63,961 nt of DNA, filler included, from Octopus bimaculoides (GCF_001194135.2; 8 parts of 8 records of this genome joined end to end with filler, not necessarily neighbours in it), one strand, 5' to 3'; positions 14,938 through 25,924 are shown, counted from the whole stretch's first letter. A program made the numbers and translations. The notes: generated from the sequence alone by a model not told the origin.

Positions 14938-17500
14938 ATGATGAAATATGAGTACATATATTTTTACTGTCTCAGATAATAACGTAAAGAACATGCAAAC
15001 TAAATTGTTTACATTTGTTTATGGTCCTAAGAACATGTAACATTGCGGCACAGCATTTAAGTTATTATGAATCAGTGATAGTAAGAGAGCACAGCTCTTA
15101 TAAATCTTATATTATAAGAGAACCTGATCTTCGTCTGTCTGTCCATAACAACATCTTTGTAAAGAGAGGGAAGAACGGGAGGTATCAAAAGGAGAGATAA
15201 GCCTGCCATAACGTATATTTAAGAGAGAAAAGAGGAAGAGAAAGATTTGTTGTTGAGAAAACATACTGTGTGTGTGTGTGAGAAAGAGAGAGGGAGAGAG
15301 GGCATGTGTGTGAAAGGTAGATAGATCGGTAGTGTTGTCACCATAGTAACCACAGTAACTAACAAAGTAATCATAGTAACACCATAGTAACCATAGTAAC
15401 ACCATAGTAACCATAGTAACACCATAGTAACACAATAGTAACTAACAAGTTTTGGTTAAACACGCGGAAATTTTAAGTGCGAACCTGTCAAAACAACGCA
15501 ACACAATCTTCCCCAAAATAACTATATGTAGATATATAATACTTATAGTTATTTTCGGGGTTGTTTGTGTGTGTATTTATTCCTGTGTGTGCGTGTTTGT
15601 GTATATCTCTCCCTCAGTCTGTATGTGAGTGTGTGTTTCTGTATGTCTTTCAACATATAGAGACAGCAACAGAGTCTTTAAAAAAGGACTTTCCCTATAA
15701 TAACATGGCTCATATGAATACGCACTCACCACAAACTTGCTTCTCATTGAAATAGATACACAACGACACTAACCTATGTGACCAGACACTATCAAGAACT
15801 TATCTTTTTCATTGAAATACCATTGTCTCATATTTTCTAAATGTTTCTCATTACAACATTGGCATTTAGATTACAATATATTTTGAATCTCCTCCACAAA
15901 TAAAGATTTTAATTTCAAACCATTGAGCGGATAAGATGGTGGATCTCCGTCGTTCAAAACGAAGATTCAGCTTAATTTCTTGATTAATTTCTGATATTGA
16001 TTTACTGTATAAGTTGCTGAGCATTCTACAGATACATGTGTCCTTGAAATAATTCTTAAGCAGAATCAGCGTGATATAGCACGTGACAAGGCTGTACCTT
16101 TTGAGTTAACTGTTCAATCCAACCGATGGGCTTCTATACAATTTCCTTCGACCCACTTTCACTCGCAAGGTATAGATTGAACCGGGGCTATATAAAATGA
16201 CATTTGTCCAAGATGCTTCGCAGTGGATAACATCTTGACTGTGAAGCGATCTTCTTAACTACTCAGCAATACTGACTATAGTGGACAAAATATTGAACTA
16301 CTAATTTATAAGTATTGCATTCATATTAGCTGCAAGCATTTCTATGTGTCTTGGGGAAGTTAAGTTAGTACTCCACTTCTAAGTTCATCCTTCAATATTA
16401 TTGAGATAGATCGAGGGCAGCGAGCTGGCAGAAACGTTAGCATGCCAGGCGAAATGCTTAGCGGTATTTCGCCTGTCTTTACGGTCTGAGTTTAAGTTCC
16501 ACCGAGGTCGACTTTGCCTTTCATCCTTTCGGGGTCGATAAATTAAGTATCAGTTGTGTACTGGGGTCGATCTAATCGACTGGCTCCCTCCCCCAAAATT
16601 TCGGGCCTTGTGCCTAGAGTAGAAAAGATTATTGAGATAGATCGACGTCATAACTAGCAGTGACGGAATTTATCACTTATCCAATTTAAATACCATAACA
16701 CTGAAGCAAAAGAGCTCTGTTACTGGGACACTATAAAGGCATCTACCTTTCTACTGATATGGTTGGTAGATGTCAGCCACAGACAGGGCATAAAAGGCAC
16801 AAATCGTGAATTAATTTCAATATTCTGGTTTCCTAGTATTTCAGCTAAATATCTACAGATAATAGGAAAATGACGACCATAATATAGCATAACCATCTGG
16901 TTAGAGATTAACATAACATTCGCAAAGTGTCGAGAAAACTAGTATCTCGAAAGTACAATAAACTAAGAAAACGCACATAATCATTAAAAATTGTACATTA
17001 TACAATTCTTAGATTTCGAGTACAGTTGCTTCCCTTTGAGAACCACTATTCCAATTTAAGCTTCCACTTCCAACTCAAATCGAATATCAGATTTGTTATA
17101 ACGTAAAGCATGATATTAGCCATGGGTCTTTTTAGATGATAGCATATCCTAATAATCAAATCTATATTACTAGAAATTCTGAAGAGAAATATAACGGGGT
17201 TTGATAAGTTTAGAAGCTACATCAATATGATATTAATAACACTATAATCTATTTCATATAATACGTTGATAAAAATATCAGCATATAATGCTGAGTACAT
17301 TCTATTTTAAAAAAGATATGGTTTAGTGTTACCTTGAGTTGCTGAAGATATACACTTCTTTTGGGAACAAGTTATACTTCCTTTGGTCATGCAACTGCAC
17401 TTATTACATTTATCGATAGCTAAAAACGTCTGCCCATATTTGTATGTTTTTCCGTTGTAATGGCATTCAATGAACATGTCGATTTTCTGGGATGTAGATA
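5347..17500 (-). CDS. Multi-exon gene (5' end not found) encoding >=5 tandem pacifastin-like / VWC-N-half six-cysteine modules; probable secreted multidomain serine-protease-inhibitor-like protein
   Basis: Five exons (17333-17500, 14438-14605, 13097-13279, 10758-10934, 5544-5735), each flanked by a polypyrimidine-AG acceptor and a GT donor. All are phase 1-1 with lengths divisible by 3 (168,168,183,177,192 nt) and splice into one stop-free frame. Each encodes C-x-Y-x-G-x2-[YF]-x5-F-x3-D-x-C-N-x-C-x-C-x3-G-x3-C-x4-C. Confidence 0.85.
5544..5735 (-). CDS. Pacifastin-like module exon D5 (RYVEARASQINKYPIINLEMKCFYHGKIYKITETFISVDECNSCECIYPGRVICGQSICEDTI)
   Basis: Acceptor ctcactctgtctttcaaacag; possible donor ATAG|gtgaga; 192 nt; 28/40 aa identical to D4 over the Cys core by manual alignment. 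Confidence 0.88.
6190..7720 (+). pseudogene. Decayed DDE DNA-transposase ORF (WSLHIDGK, xTTSVNTG, xQHH, WRDDMKFL; hAT/P/Mutator-type CxxH group) in the D4-D5 intron, antisense to the host gene
   Basis: Long quasi-ORF with in-frame stops and frameshifts, interrupted by a (TG)/(TA) microsatellite at ~6400-6440; motif order typical of CxxH-class transposases. Confidence 0.7.
8518..8810 (+). mobile_element. SINE, 5'-truncated by gap (family shared with 19261-19630)
   Basis: Near-identical to 19345-19630, including gggtacacgtgtct...ggatcaactggaacc tail. Confidence 0.8.
9560..9775 (-). mobile_element. Degenerate tRNA-derived SINE
   Basis: Reverse complement shows a decayed A/B-box-like head followed by a core segment. 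Confidence 0.55.
10143..10703 (-). mobile_element. tRNA-derived SINE with internal (TA)n(TG)n microsatellite; ends ~55 bp from the D4 donor
   Basis: Same bipartite layout as 34245-34625 (+), 18625-19075, 28130-28465 and 38470-38800. Confidence 0.85.
10758..10934 (-). CDS. Pacifastin-like module exon D4 (MLGEDSSLSETNTKTTCIYHGNIYKITEIFVAIDQCNSCECIFPGRVICTHNICEGSK)
   Basis: Acceptor ctcctttgtcttgcaaacag, donor AAAG|gtaaga, 177 nt, phase 1-1. Confidence 0.88.
11842..12050 (+). mobile_element. SINE/LINE 3' tail ending in (GAT)n
   Basis: Homologous to 52412-52730 and 53033-53421; terminal ggacgttaaacgatgatgat. Confidence 0.8.
13097..13279 (-). CDS. Pacifastin-like module exon D3 (SHSVTTAKPFKLHTNTVSCVYEGYVYTVHATFLARDGCNQCSCMYNGKVLCTKKPCSILP)
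   Basis: Acceptor ttccttattctttttttgacag, donor CCAG|gtaca, 183 nt, phase 1-1; closest match to the canonical pacifastin CNxCxC..G..CTxxxC motif. Confidence 0.9.
14438..14605 (-). CDS. Pacifastin-like module exon D2 (TTTQKIDIFVVCRYNGQIFKFGQTFTAIDKCNKCICKRKGNIVCTKNTCLSTQTR); not in the supplied ORF track
   Basis: Translated by hand from the reverse complement. Acceptor ctcttttctttcag, donor CGAG|gtaat, 168 nt, phase 1-1; 31/55 aa identical to D1 by manual alignment. Confidence 0.88.
16414..16632 (+). mobile_element. SINE (ggcgagctggcagaaacgttagc... family)
   Basis: Further copies at 18325-18426, 53878-54085(-), 54662-54870(-), 55372-55575, 56480-56730(-) and 60838-61050. Confidence 0.85.
17333..17500 (-). 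CDS. Pacifastin-like module exon D1 (STSQKIDMFIECHYNGKTYKYGQTFLAIDKCNKCSCMTKGSITCSQKKCISSATQ)
   Basis: Acceptor tttttattttcag, donor CAAG|gtaac, 168 nt, phase 1-1, six-Cys pattern. Confidence 0.88.
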
Positions 17501-19260
17501 CTGAAAATAAAAAATTATATGAATTCAACATAAATTTGAATTTTTATCCCACACACAAAAATGATTTAGTCAGCTTACCACACTTTTTTTTATTCGTATG
17601 ATGACATGACAATATCATTTGTGCATTAGTCTCCCAGCTGTAGACTAAATATAGACACACAATGTAAATTCCTTACATTAGTTCTATCATCCCAAGAGAA
17701 TAACTTGGAGAATAACCAAGAGAATAACTTGGAGAATAACCAAGAGAATAACTTGGTGCCCGGAGAGCGCATCTTGTAAGACAAGACTTATTATTTTGCA
17801 TTGCAAAATATTGATAGAAAAAGCCGAGTTCAAAATCAAGATAAAAATTCATCAGATCAATATCTGCACATTGGCCGCAAAGTTTTCGCTATGCCTCGAA
17901 GAAAGTATATTGCTGCATCGATTCACCATTTTCTCGCAAAGTTTTTCTTGCAAAAGATTTACATGATATCTAGGAGTAGGGAAAATTTTCTCTCATCCAT
18001 TTAACAAGAGCGATTGATAGGAGTTCCTGAAGAGTCAAAGATTTACCATAGTCTCAATTAGATTGGCAACTGTCTGTCAGCTCAAATTCTGAAATAAATT
18101 CTATATATTCTCTAGATTTCAGTTACACAAGGAGACGTCGAGAAAACTAGTATCTCAAATCGGTAATCAATTGAGGACAGCCATATCACAAAAAGCATAT
18201 ACATTGAAGCTGGTTGAAATTAAGGGCTTACTTTTTACTATAATTTTATTATTTAGATTTCAGATTGTTTTCCTTTCGCAAACAAAATCTCTATTCTAGT
18301 CTCAATATTATTCTTTATGACAAGGTGGCGAGAAGGCAGAATCGTTAGTACGCCGAGCAAAATGCTCAGTGGCATTTTGATCGTCTTTGCGTTCTGAGTT
18401 CAAATTCCGCAAGGGTCGATTCTATCNNNNNNNNNNNNNNNNNNNNNNNNNNNNNNNNNNNNNNNNNNNNTTAATTAATTAANNNNNNNNNNNNNNNNNN
18501 NNNNNNNNNNNNNNNNNNNNNNNNNNACGGGCATTTCGAGAGCTGAACTGTTAATGTAACCACGATGTCTTGATGCTCTGATGAGCTAGAATTTTTATTT
18601 GAATTATTTTGCGAATCTATTATCTTTTACATATTTCAGTCATTTGACAGCAGCCATGATGGGGCACTGCCTCGAAAAGTTTTAGTCACACAAATCGACC
18701 CCAGGATTTATGTTTTAAAGCCTAGTACTTATTCTATCTGTCTGTTTTGTCGAAACGCTAGTTTATGCGGACGTAAGCACAGATTAAAAGTGGGGAACAA
18801 ACACAGACTCAAAGGCACACATTCACACACACACACACACACACACCACGCACACACACGCACGTGCGCGCGCACATACACACGCATACACACATAAATA
18901 TACATATATATAATGCGACAGGTTTCTTTCAGTTTCCATCTATCAAATCAACTCACAGGGCTTTGGTAGGCCCGAGGCTTTAGTAGAAAACACTTGCTCA
19001 AAGTGTCACGCATGTCGACAGAACACAGAATTGTGTGATTGAGAAGCAGGCTTCTTACCACCCAGCCACGCCTTTATAATGATTAGCATGCATAGTAATG
19101 CAAACATGTACGCATAATTTCTTGCATCCTGGAATTAATACTACATGAAGAAAGTTATGAAACGGTCGTAATCCTATGATCCTATGGAAATCCCTTGGTA
19201 GAATAAATAATATGAATTCAAATTCTCAAACCTCATCATTATATATGTGTGTGTGCTTGT

Positions 19261-19630
19261 GTGTGGAAGCACAATGGCCCAGTGGTTTGGGCAGCAGAGT
19301 CGCGGTTTCGATTAGCAGACCGGACATTGTGAGTATTTATTGAGCAAAAACACTTAAAGCTCCACGAGGTTCCGGCAGAGGGTGGTGGCGATCTCTGCTG
19401 TTCCCTTTCACCACAACTTTCTCTCATATTTTTTCCTGTTTCTGTTAAACTTGTATTTCAAAGGGCCGGCGTTGCCACACTCTGTGTCACGCTGAATCTC
19501 CTTGAGAACTACGTTAAGGGTACATGTGTCTGTGGTGTGTTCAGCTACTTGCACGTTAATTTCACGAGAAGGCTGTTCCTTCGATCGGATCAACTGGAAC
19601 ACTCGTCGTCGTAACCGACGGAGTGCCAAT
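19261..19630 (+). mobile_element. Near full-length tRNA-derived SINE
   Basis: tggcccagtggtt A-box-like and ggtttcgatt B-box-like head; body matches 8518-8810. Confidence 0.8.
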
Positions 19631-19632
19631 AA

Positions 19633-19684
<52 letters not shown>

Positions 19685-21384
19685 AGTAACGGTCTTGTTT
19701 TTGTGTTGTGTAGTCGATGTGTCACCCATTGTAACGATAAGTATTATTTACCAATTGTACTGGTTATAAGATGAACGATGAAGATGATCAACATTTTTAT
19801 AGAAATATTTATTTACCGTTACTTTATATGTTGCCATACCACGACGGGTAGGTTATTGTAATCGTATAATGCAGTTCTTAAAACATGTAAAGTAAAGAAA
19901 GTTAATTTTTCGCCTGTATAGGTATGTACACTTTCTCATAGTAGCAGAACACTAATTTCGGTCTGCGCGCATCACAGTCTCCCTGTCTGTGTCTCTGGTG
20001 TCTTGTTGACCATTCTATTTATAAGAATCGTGGCAGCTAGAAGGACAGAAGAAAGACAGACATAGTGCAGCAGGCTTAGTACCTAAGTAGGCCAGTTGCT
20101 GTCCAGTTGAACTTCGCCTGACATCTATGAGGTAGAAGGTTAAAGGGAGGTGATCAGTCACTTTTTGACAGGACAAAGAAAACCTGCTTTTCGCGCCTGT
20201 TGATTGAGGTGGTTGGACGACCGAGAATTCTTAGATTCGGTTTCGAATCTAGGCTTGGAGAAGGAAGTGTTAATTTTTACAAATATATTGTTTCAATCCA
20301 AATGAAAATAAAAATTACATATTGACACTCGCGGAGTGTAATACCTTGAAAAATGTGATTTGATTTGGTGGAGCCATTTGAGAATGTATAGAGAACAGAC
20401 AGACAGACAAAGAATTTTATATACATAGAGATAACGATTCATATACCCGAGTGCCCCTATATGCCTGTGGTTCTTGGGCAAATGTATGCTTTCCTAGTCC
20501 GAAGTATGGATCGTTTGTACACATGATTTACTTGGCTGATACTTATTGTCCTATCTAGTGAATGTATTTAGGTGTGCATACATTTGTTTGTATACTTGTT
20601 TTTATACGAATATTTTTATAAGGAACCCAATTGCTCTGCGAGTAATTTTACACATGAATCTTTAGAAACTTTTTTGTTGAGGTATTACGATGGATAATTC
20701 TAGGACTTTTAGATAAATATAGTAGATTTGTTGAGCGGGAAGCTACTACATCAGTTGCTAGTATAACGATTATTTATTGTAAGGTAAATGACTGTGTGAT
20801 ATTATCACGTGTGTGTGTGTGTGTGNNNNNNNNNNNNNNNNNNNNNNNNNNNNNNNNNNNNNNNNNNNNNNNNNNNNNNNNNNNNNNNNNNNNNNNNNNN
20901 NNNNNNNNNNNNNNNNNNNNNNNNNNNNNNNNNNNNNNNNNNNNNNNNNNNNNNNNNNNNNNNNNNNNNNNNNNNNNNNNNNNNNNNNNNNNNNNNNNNN
21001 NNNNNNNNNNNNNNNNNNNNNNNNNNNNNNNNNNNNNNNNNNNNNNNNNNNNNNNNNNNNNNNNNNNNNNNNNNNNNNNNNNNNNNNNNNNNNNNNNNNN
21101 NNNNNNNNNNNNNNNNNNNNNNNNNNNNNNNNNNNNNNNNNNNNNNNNNNNNNNNNNNNNNNNNNNNNNNNNNNNNNNNNNNNNNNNNNNNNNNNNNNNN
21201 NNNNNNNNNNNNNNNNNNNNNNNNNNNNNNNNNNNNNNNNNNNNNNNNNNNNNNNNNNNNNNNNNNNNNNNNNNNNNNNNNNNNNNNNNNNNNNNNNNNN
21301 NNNNNNNNNNNNNNNNNNNNNNNNNNNNNNNNNNNNNNNNNNNNNNNNNNNNNNNNNNNNNNNNNNNNNNNNNNNNNNNNNNNN

Positions 21385-22100
21385 TGCGTGACTTGGGTAA
21401 TATGTTGTCTTGCATTATCGTGTGTAAAGAAATACCACTTTACGGTTAACCATTGATGAGCGCTTTTTGCAGCAAATTTTTGTGCAATGCTTCCATTTGA
21501 CAATATTTCTCTGCATAAATTGTTTCGTTTAGGTTTAACACATCATGACAGACGACACCCTTCATACCTCAGCAAACACAGAGCATAACTTTTTACGAGT
21601 GTAGTCGTGGTTTTTGGATGGATTCTTCTTTTCCACATGGTGAAAACCATGGTCGTTTTCGTTGGAGATGACTATGGAGAACCTACTTTTCATCACTTTT
21701 AATGATTCTCGTTAGGAAAGTCTCGGTAGCATGTCTAGTCCTCAATGACGACTCTTTCAGTTGACAAGCACGCCGATGACGAGAGACCCACTGGCCAAGT
21801 TTAGACATATTTCCTACATCATGAGGGTGTTTTATGGCCTAAATTTGACAGGAATTGAAAGGTGTTGCTAAATTTTGTGCACTTGGATTTGGATTTTCTT
21901 CGACTACGGTTTTCAGAAGCTCAGTATTGACAGAACCTGCTGGTCCAGATGAAGGGAAGTACGCGAAAGCAAAAAAACTGAGTAAAACTAGTCGAACTAG
22001 TCGTTGGCATATCCGGACACTTAAAGCTTCATTTTAATAGACAGAACAAATAATTCATAGCACTCTCATTGCATTCATACTGCATGCAGTACCTTGTAGG
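21385..22100 (-). pseudogene. Mariner transposase remnant
   Basis: KTVVEENPN..., KLGQWVS (WVPHEL-like), FLTRIIKSDEK*VL (TGDEKW), RKRPW, HDNARQH motifs with stops and frameshifts. Confidence 0.85.
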
Positions 22101-22649
22101 AGTTTCATGTAAACTAATTTTAAAGGGTAAAATCGGTACGAATTTAACTACTATGGTATAAAGTAATCTACAACGAAAGAAAGAACATTAGGATGTAAGA
22201 ATTAATGCTTCTTATTATACCGTAAGTATTGAAGGTATGGTAATGAAAACTCTCATCCATCGGGATCTCTGCTTGCGGATAGGGGAATGGCCTGTAGGTA
22301 TAGAGGTTAGCTGCGAATACTTTATAAGAAGTCCCGGACAAAGTCATGAGTTGCCCTTTGGCAAAGCATAACATCCGTTAGCCACCCTTTCAGGAGCACT
22401 GTGGAATCCTGAAGCTCTGCAAAGAATGGAAATGCCACTATCATTGGAAAGCAGGATGATAGGGAATGAAATGCAATGCATAAAAGAATACTTTGTCTTC
22501 AAATTTTTTCCACACTTTCTTGAATGGATTACACTTTTATGAAGTTATCAAACAAGGAGCGCTTCCTGCTGTAGTTCCGTTCTGGCTCAATCTTCAAAAT
22601 ATCAGCTACACAGCCAAACAACATAAGTTTCTGAGGTGCATACAAAATA

Positions 22650-24275
22650 CATTTGTCTCCACTTCCAATGTGCGCACCCTCAGAAAACTAAACCAACTCC
22701 CTGAACTTGTTGCCTTAGCCATCAAGTNNNNNNNNNNNNNNNNNNNNNNNNNNNNNNNNNNNNNNNNNNNNNNNNNNNNNNNNNNNNNNNNNNNNNNNNN
22801 NNNNNNNNNNNNNNNNNNNNNNNNNNNNNNNNNNNNNNNNNNNNNNNNNNNNNNNNNNNNNNNNNNNNNNNNNNNNNNNNNNNNNNAAAAGAGGTTTCCA
22901 ATTTTTATCAGGCTCTCTCTACATCAGTGAGACAAATACCAAAGCACAGGGCTCTCATGATTGGAGGTGATACGTATGACCATATCGAATGATCAGTAGC
23001 CCATAAATACGCGTTCCACACAACCATGAACAGAAATGGTCAATATCTGACTGAATTTATTCGTGAAAATCATTTAGTATGTCTAAATGCCAAATTCCTT
23101 TAAGAAACTCTCCAAGCTATATACATGTACCTATGCCAACGGCTTGAATGCCCAACTGTATTACATGCTAATCAACAAGAAAAGGTTGAATAGTGCCTCG
23201 AACACAGAGTCTTACAATAATTTTGATGAAGTGAGCAGCGACCACAAGATTTTAACATCGAAATAGTTAGCTTTAGAGCTAGCAAAACCAAATCAGTCTC
23301 TAGGCCCTCTTATGACTGGTCAGTTTTAAAGAACAACGGACAGATCTGCTACCAATACACCATAGCAGTTAGAAACAGATTTAAGCCGCTACAAAATGAA
23401 AATGAAGAAAACTCCTTCACAGCATACTATAATTTTGTAACATCTCGCACAGAAGCTGCGAAAGAGATCATGCCCATAAAGCCAAGAACTAATAAATGTC
23501 TTCCCTGGGATGTCCAAGAGTTAATAAACAAGGGAAGACACCTCAAAGAAGTGGCTCAAGCTAAATTTATACATCCAAGTCCCTCAAATGAAGCCAATTT
23601 CAAAAAGCTACAGAAAGAACCATTCGATCTATATCAAGCTCAACAACGATATACTAGATCGAAAGTAAAATAAATCAAATTAAACATGCTGCAGTAAACA
23701 AGCAGACATCACTAACCTAGCAGACAGTAAATGAAATAAGCGGATGCAAAAATCTCTTAAGTCAAAAATTAAAACTAAAAATTTCCAGAAACGCTTAGAA
23801 AAGTGGAGGGATCATTATCAAAATTTGTTTGAGAATATACCCTCAGTGTCTGATTGACCACAACCTTGATTGGCGATTTCATCATTGACGAATTGAAAGA
23901 AATCCTTAAAAACATCAAAAACCGAAAGGCTCAAGTCTGGCAAGGCGGAGAATTTTATATTCTGTTAGGCTTCTGCAACCGTCTACAATGAAGGCAATAT
24001 TGACAAATGAACATATTTCATATTCTAATCGTTGCAAAAATTTATAAGTCACTCACTCTTGCTCAACAGGATACAACCAAAAATTGAGAAAGTTTTGAGA
24101 AGGAATCAAAATGGCTTCAGAAGAAATAGATCAGCTGTCGTACAAATACTTACACTTCGTCGTCTACTTGAAGAAGTAAAAACCGAAACTCTTGAAGCAG
24201 TCTTACTGTTTGCTGATTTCTCAAAAGCTCTTATCTCCATCCACTGTGGTAAATTGGAAAAAATACTACTAGCAC
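22650..24275 (+). mobile_element. RTE-clade LINE remnant (AP endonuclease plus start of RT)
   Basis: SNVRTL..., MIGGD, NRNGQYL..., SSDHKIL (endonuclease); NQNGFRRNRS, LFADFSKA (RT); many disablements. Confidence 0.85.
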
Positions 24276-24849
24276 TCACCATTCCTTCGGTGTTCGGCTT
24301 CGTTATTACCAGAAATTGCTCTGACGAAAGTAACATTGATTTGTTTAGGTCGTTAAATTTTTCTCAACTGATCAATGGGTCGATTGAGCAAGCCTATCAG
24401 TAACGTACCTATAATGACTGCAAATTGTTGTAAGCCAATATTGATCTAATAAAAGAAAAAAAATGTGTAATGACCATTATCTGCAACTTGTCTTACACTC
24501 TGTGTACAAATCCAGTTTCTCTGGAGCCCAACCACGGATTTACAATACAGAATTGCAATGAACCATAACTGTAGACCCTGCCATAAGAATACTTGTATTC
24601 ACTAATCTAAACAATATTATTGATGCTAAAGGCATATATATATATGCCTTTAGCATCAACTGTTAGAAAAACGAGTATTCAATACCATAGCAGAGATTAA
24701 TAATATACTTTATTTTGGTAAAATCTGTTTCTTGCTACTCTTGATTTCACCGGTAGGTAAACAGAATCTGCAGGCAGGTCATAACTCGCCTAAAATGAAA
24801 GTCAGAGTAGCAAAAGATTGACATGACCAGTATATATACATATACTTAC

Positions 24850-24902
<53 letters not shown>

Positions 24903-25871
24903 NNNNNNNNNNNNNNNNNNNNNNNNNNNNNNNNNNNNNNNNNNNNTTAATTAATTAANNNNNNNNNNNNNNNNNNNNNNNNNNNNNNNNNNNNNNNNNN
25001 NNTATGTATATGTATGTATGTATGTATGTATGTACGTATAACGCAGAAAACAGCGTACATCAGAAAAAACGTAATTACATTGATATGTCAGAAGGCCTAG
25101 CTTTGAAAGTAATGATAAGAATGTAAATATTCGCTTTTTGATGTGAGAAAAGGGGAGGAATCTCGTGACAGAGCGTTTAACTGTTTGTTTATCACTTCTC
25201 TGAGAAGATATACGCGATTTTCTTCCACAATCGATAACATGCAATATTCAACTTCCACATAAGATAGTCATAGATTTATCTATCACCGCTATGGACAACA
25301 TAATTTGTATATGTGCTTTTGACAACACGTCAAAAATTAAGTGACATATTTTATGCACAACACATCATGAATCAAATGAAGTGAAACAATTTTAAACATT
25401 AAAATGATTAGCTGTTAGTAGAATTAAAAGAATGCAAATTAATTTCTTGTATCTCTTTGATATGCGGCAAAATAAAAAAAGCAAAATCACTGATCATTTC
25501 GCATTTTTGTTGATGCACCTGATTTTCTCCCCCAATCTATAGCAAAGAATATTCGTAGGTATATAAGGCAGTCATAAAGTAAAATATCATCGTAGTGGAT
25601 AGCATAATTTACACGTTTTTGTTGAAACGAGTAGAAAATGAATGATCCTCAAATCTTACATCAAAGTATCCTCCATTTAGATAGCTATTTTGATAAAAAC
25701 TAGGTGTTCATTACTCCCAAAGTCCTAAAGGGCTCTCACAGTACTTTCATGGCTCCACACACTATTGCTAAATAGTTGCTAATCCAATGTTAGGTTCACC
25801 GTCCTTATAGTCATGCACATACATATTTACATAAATACATACATATATACATAAATACATACATACATACA

Positions 25872-25902
<31 letters not shown>

Positions 25903-25924
25903 GTTAACATAAAGCTGAAGATCA

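Noticed and set aside
16850-16900. Hydrophobic WLCYIMVVIFLLS stretch suggesting that each module is a separate small gene with its own signal exon
   Set aside because: Followed by a stop, lacks a convincing donor, and is not conserved in the paralogous intron at ~13.9-14.0 kb
18471-18482. Recurrent ttaattaattaa islands inside N-runs (also 24947, 36553, 43315, 52356, 59118, 62737)
   Set aside because: Identical 12-mer with stops in all six frames, always centred in Ns: a scaffolding spacer, not a biological motif
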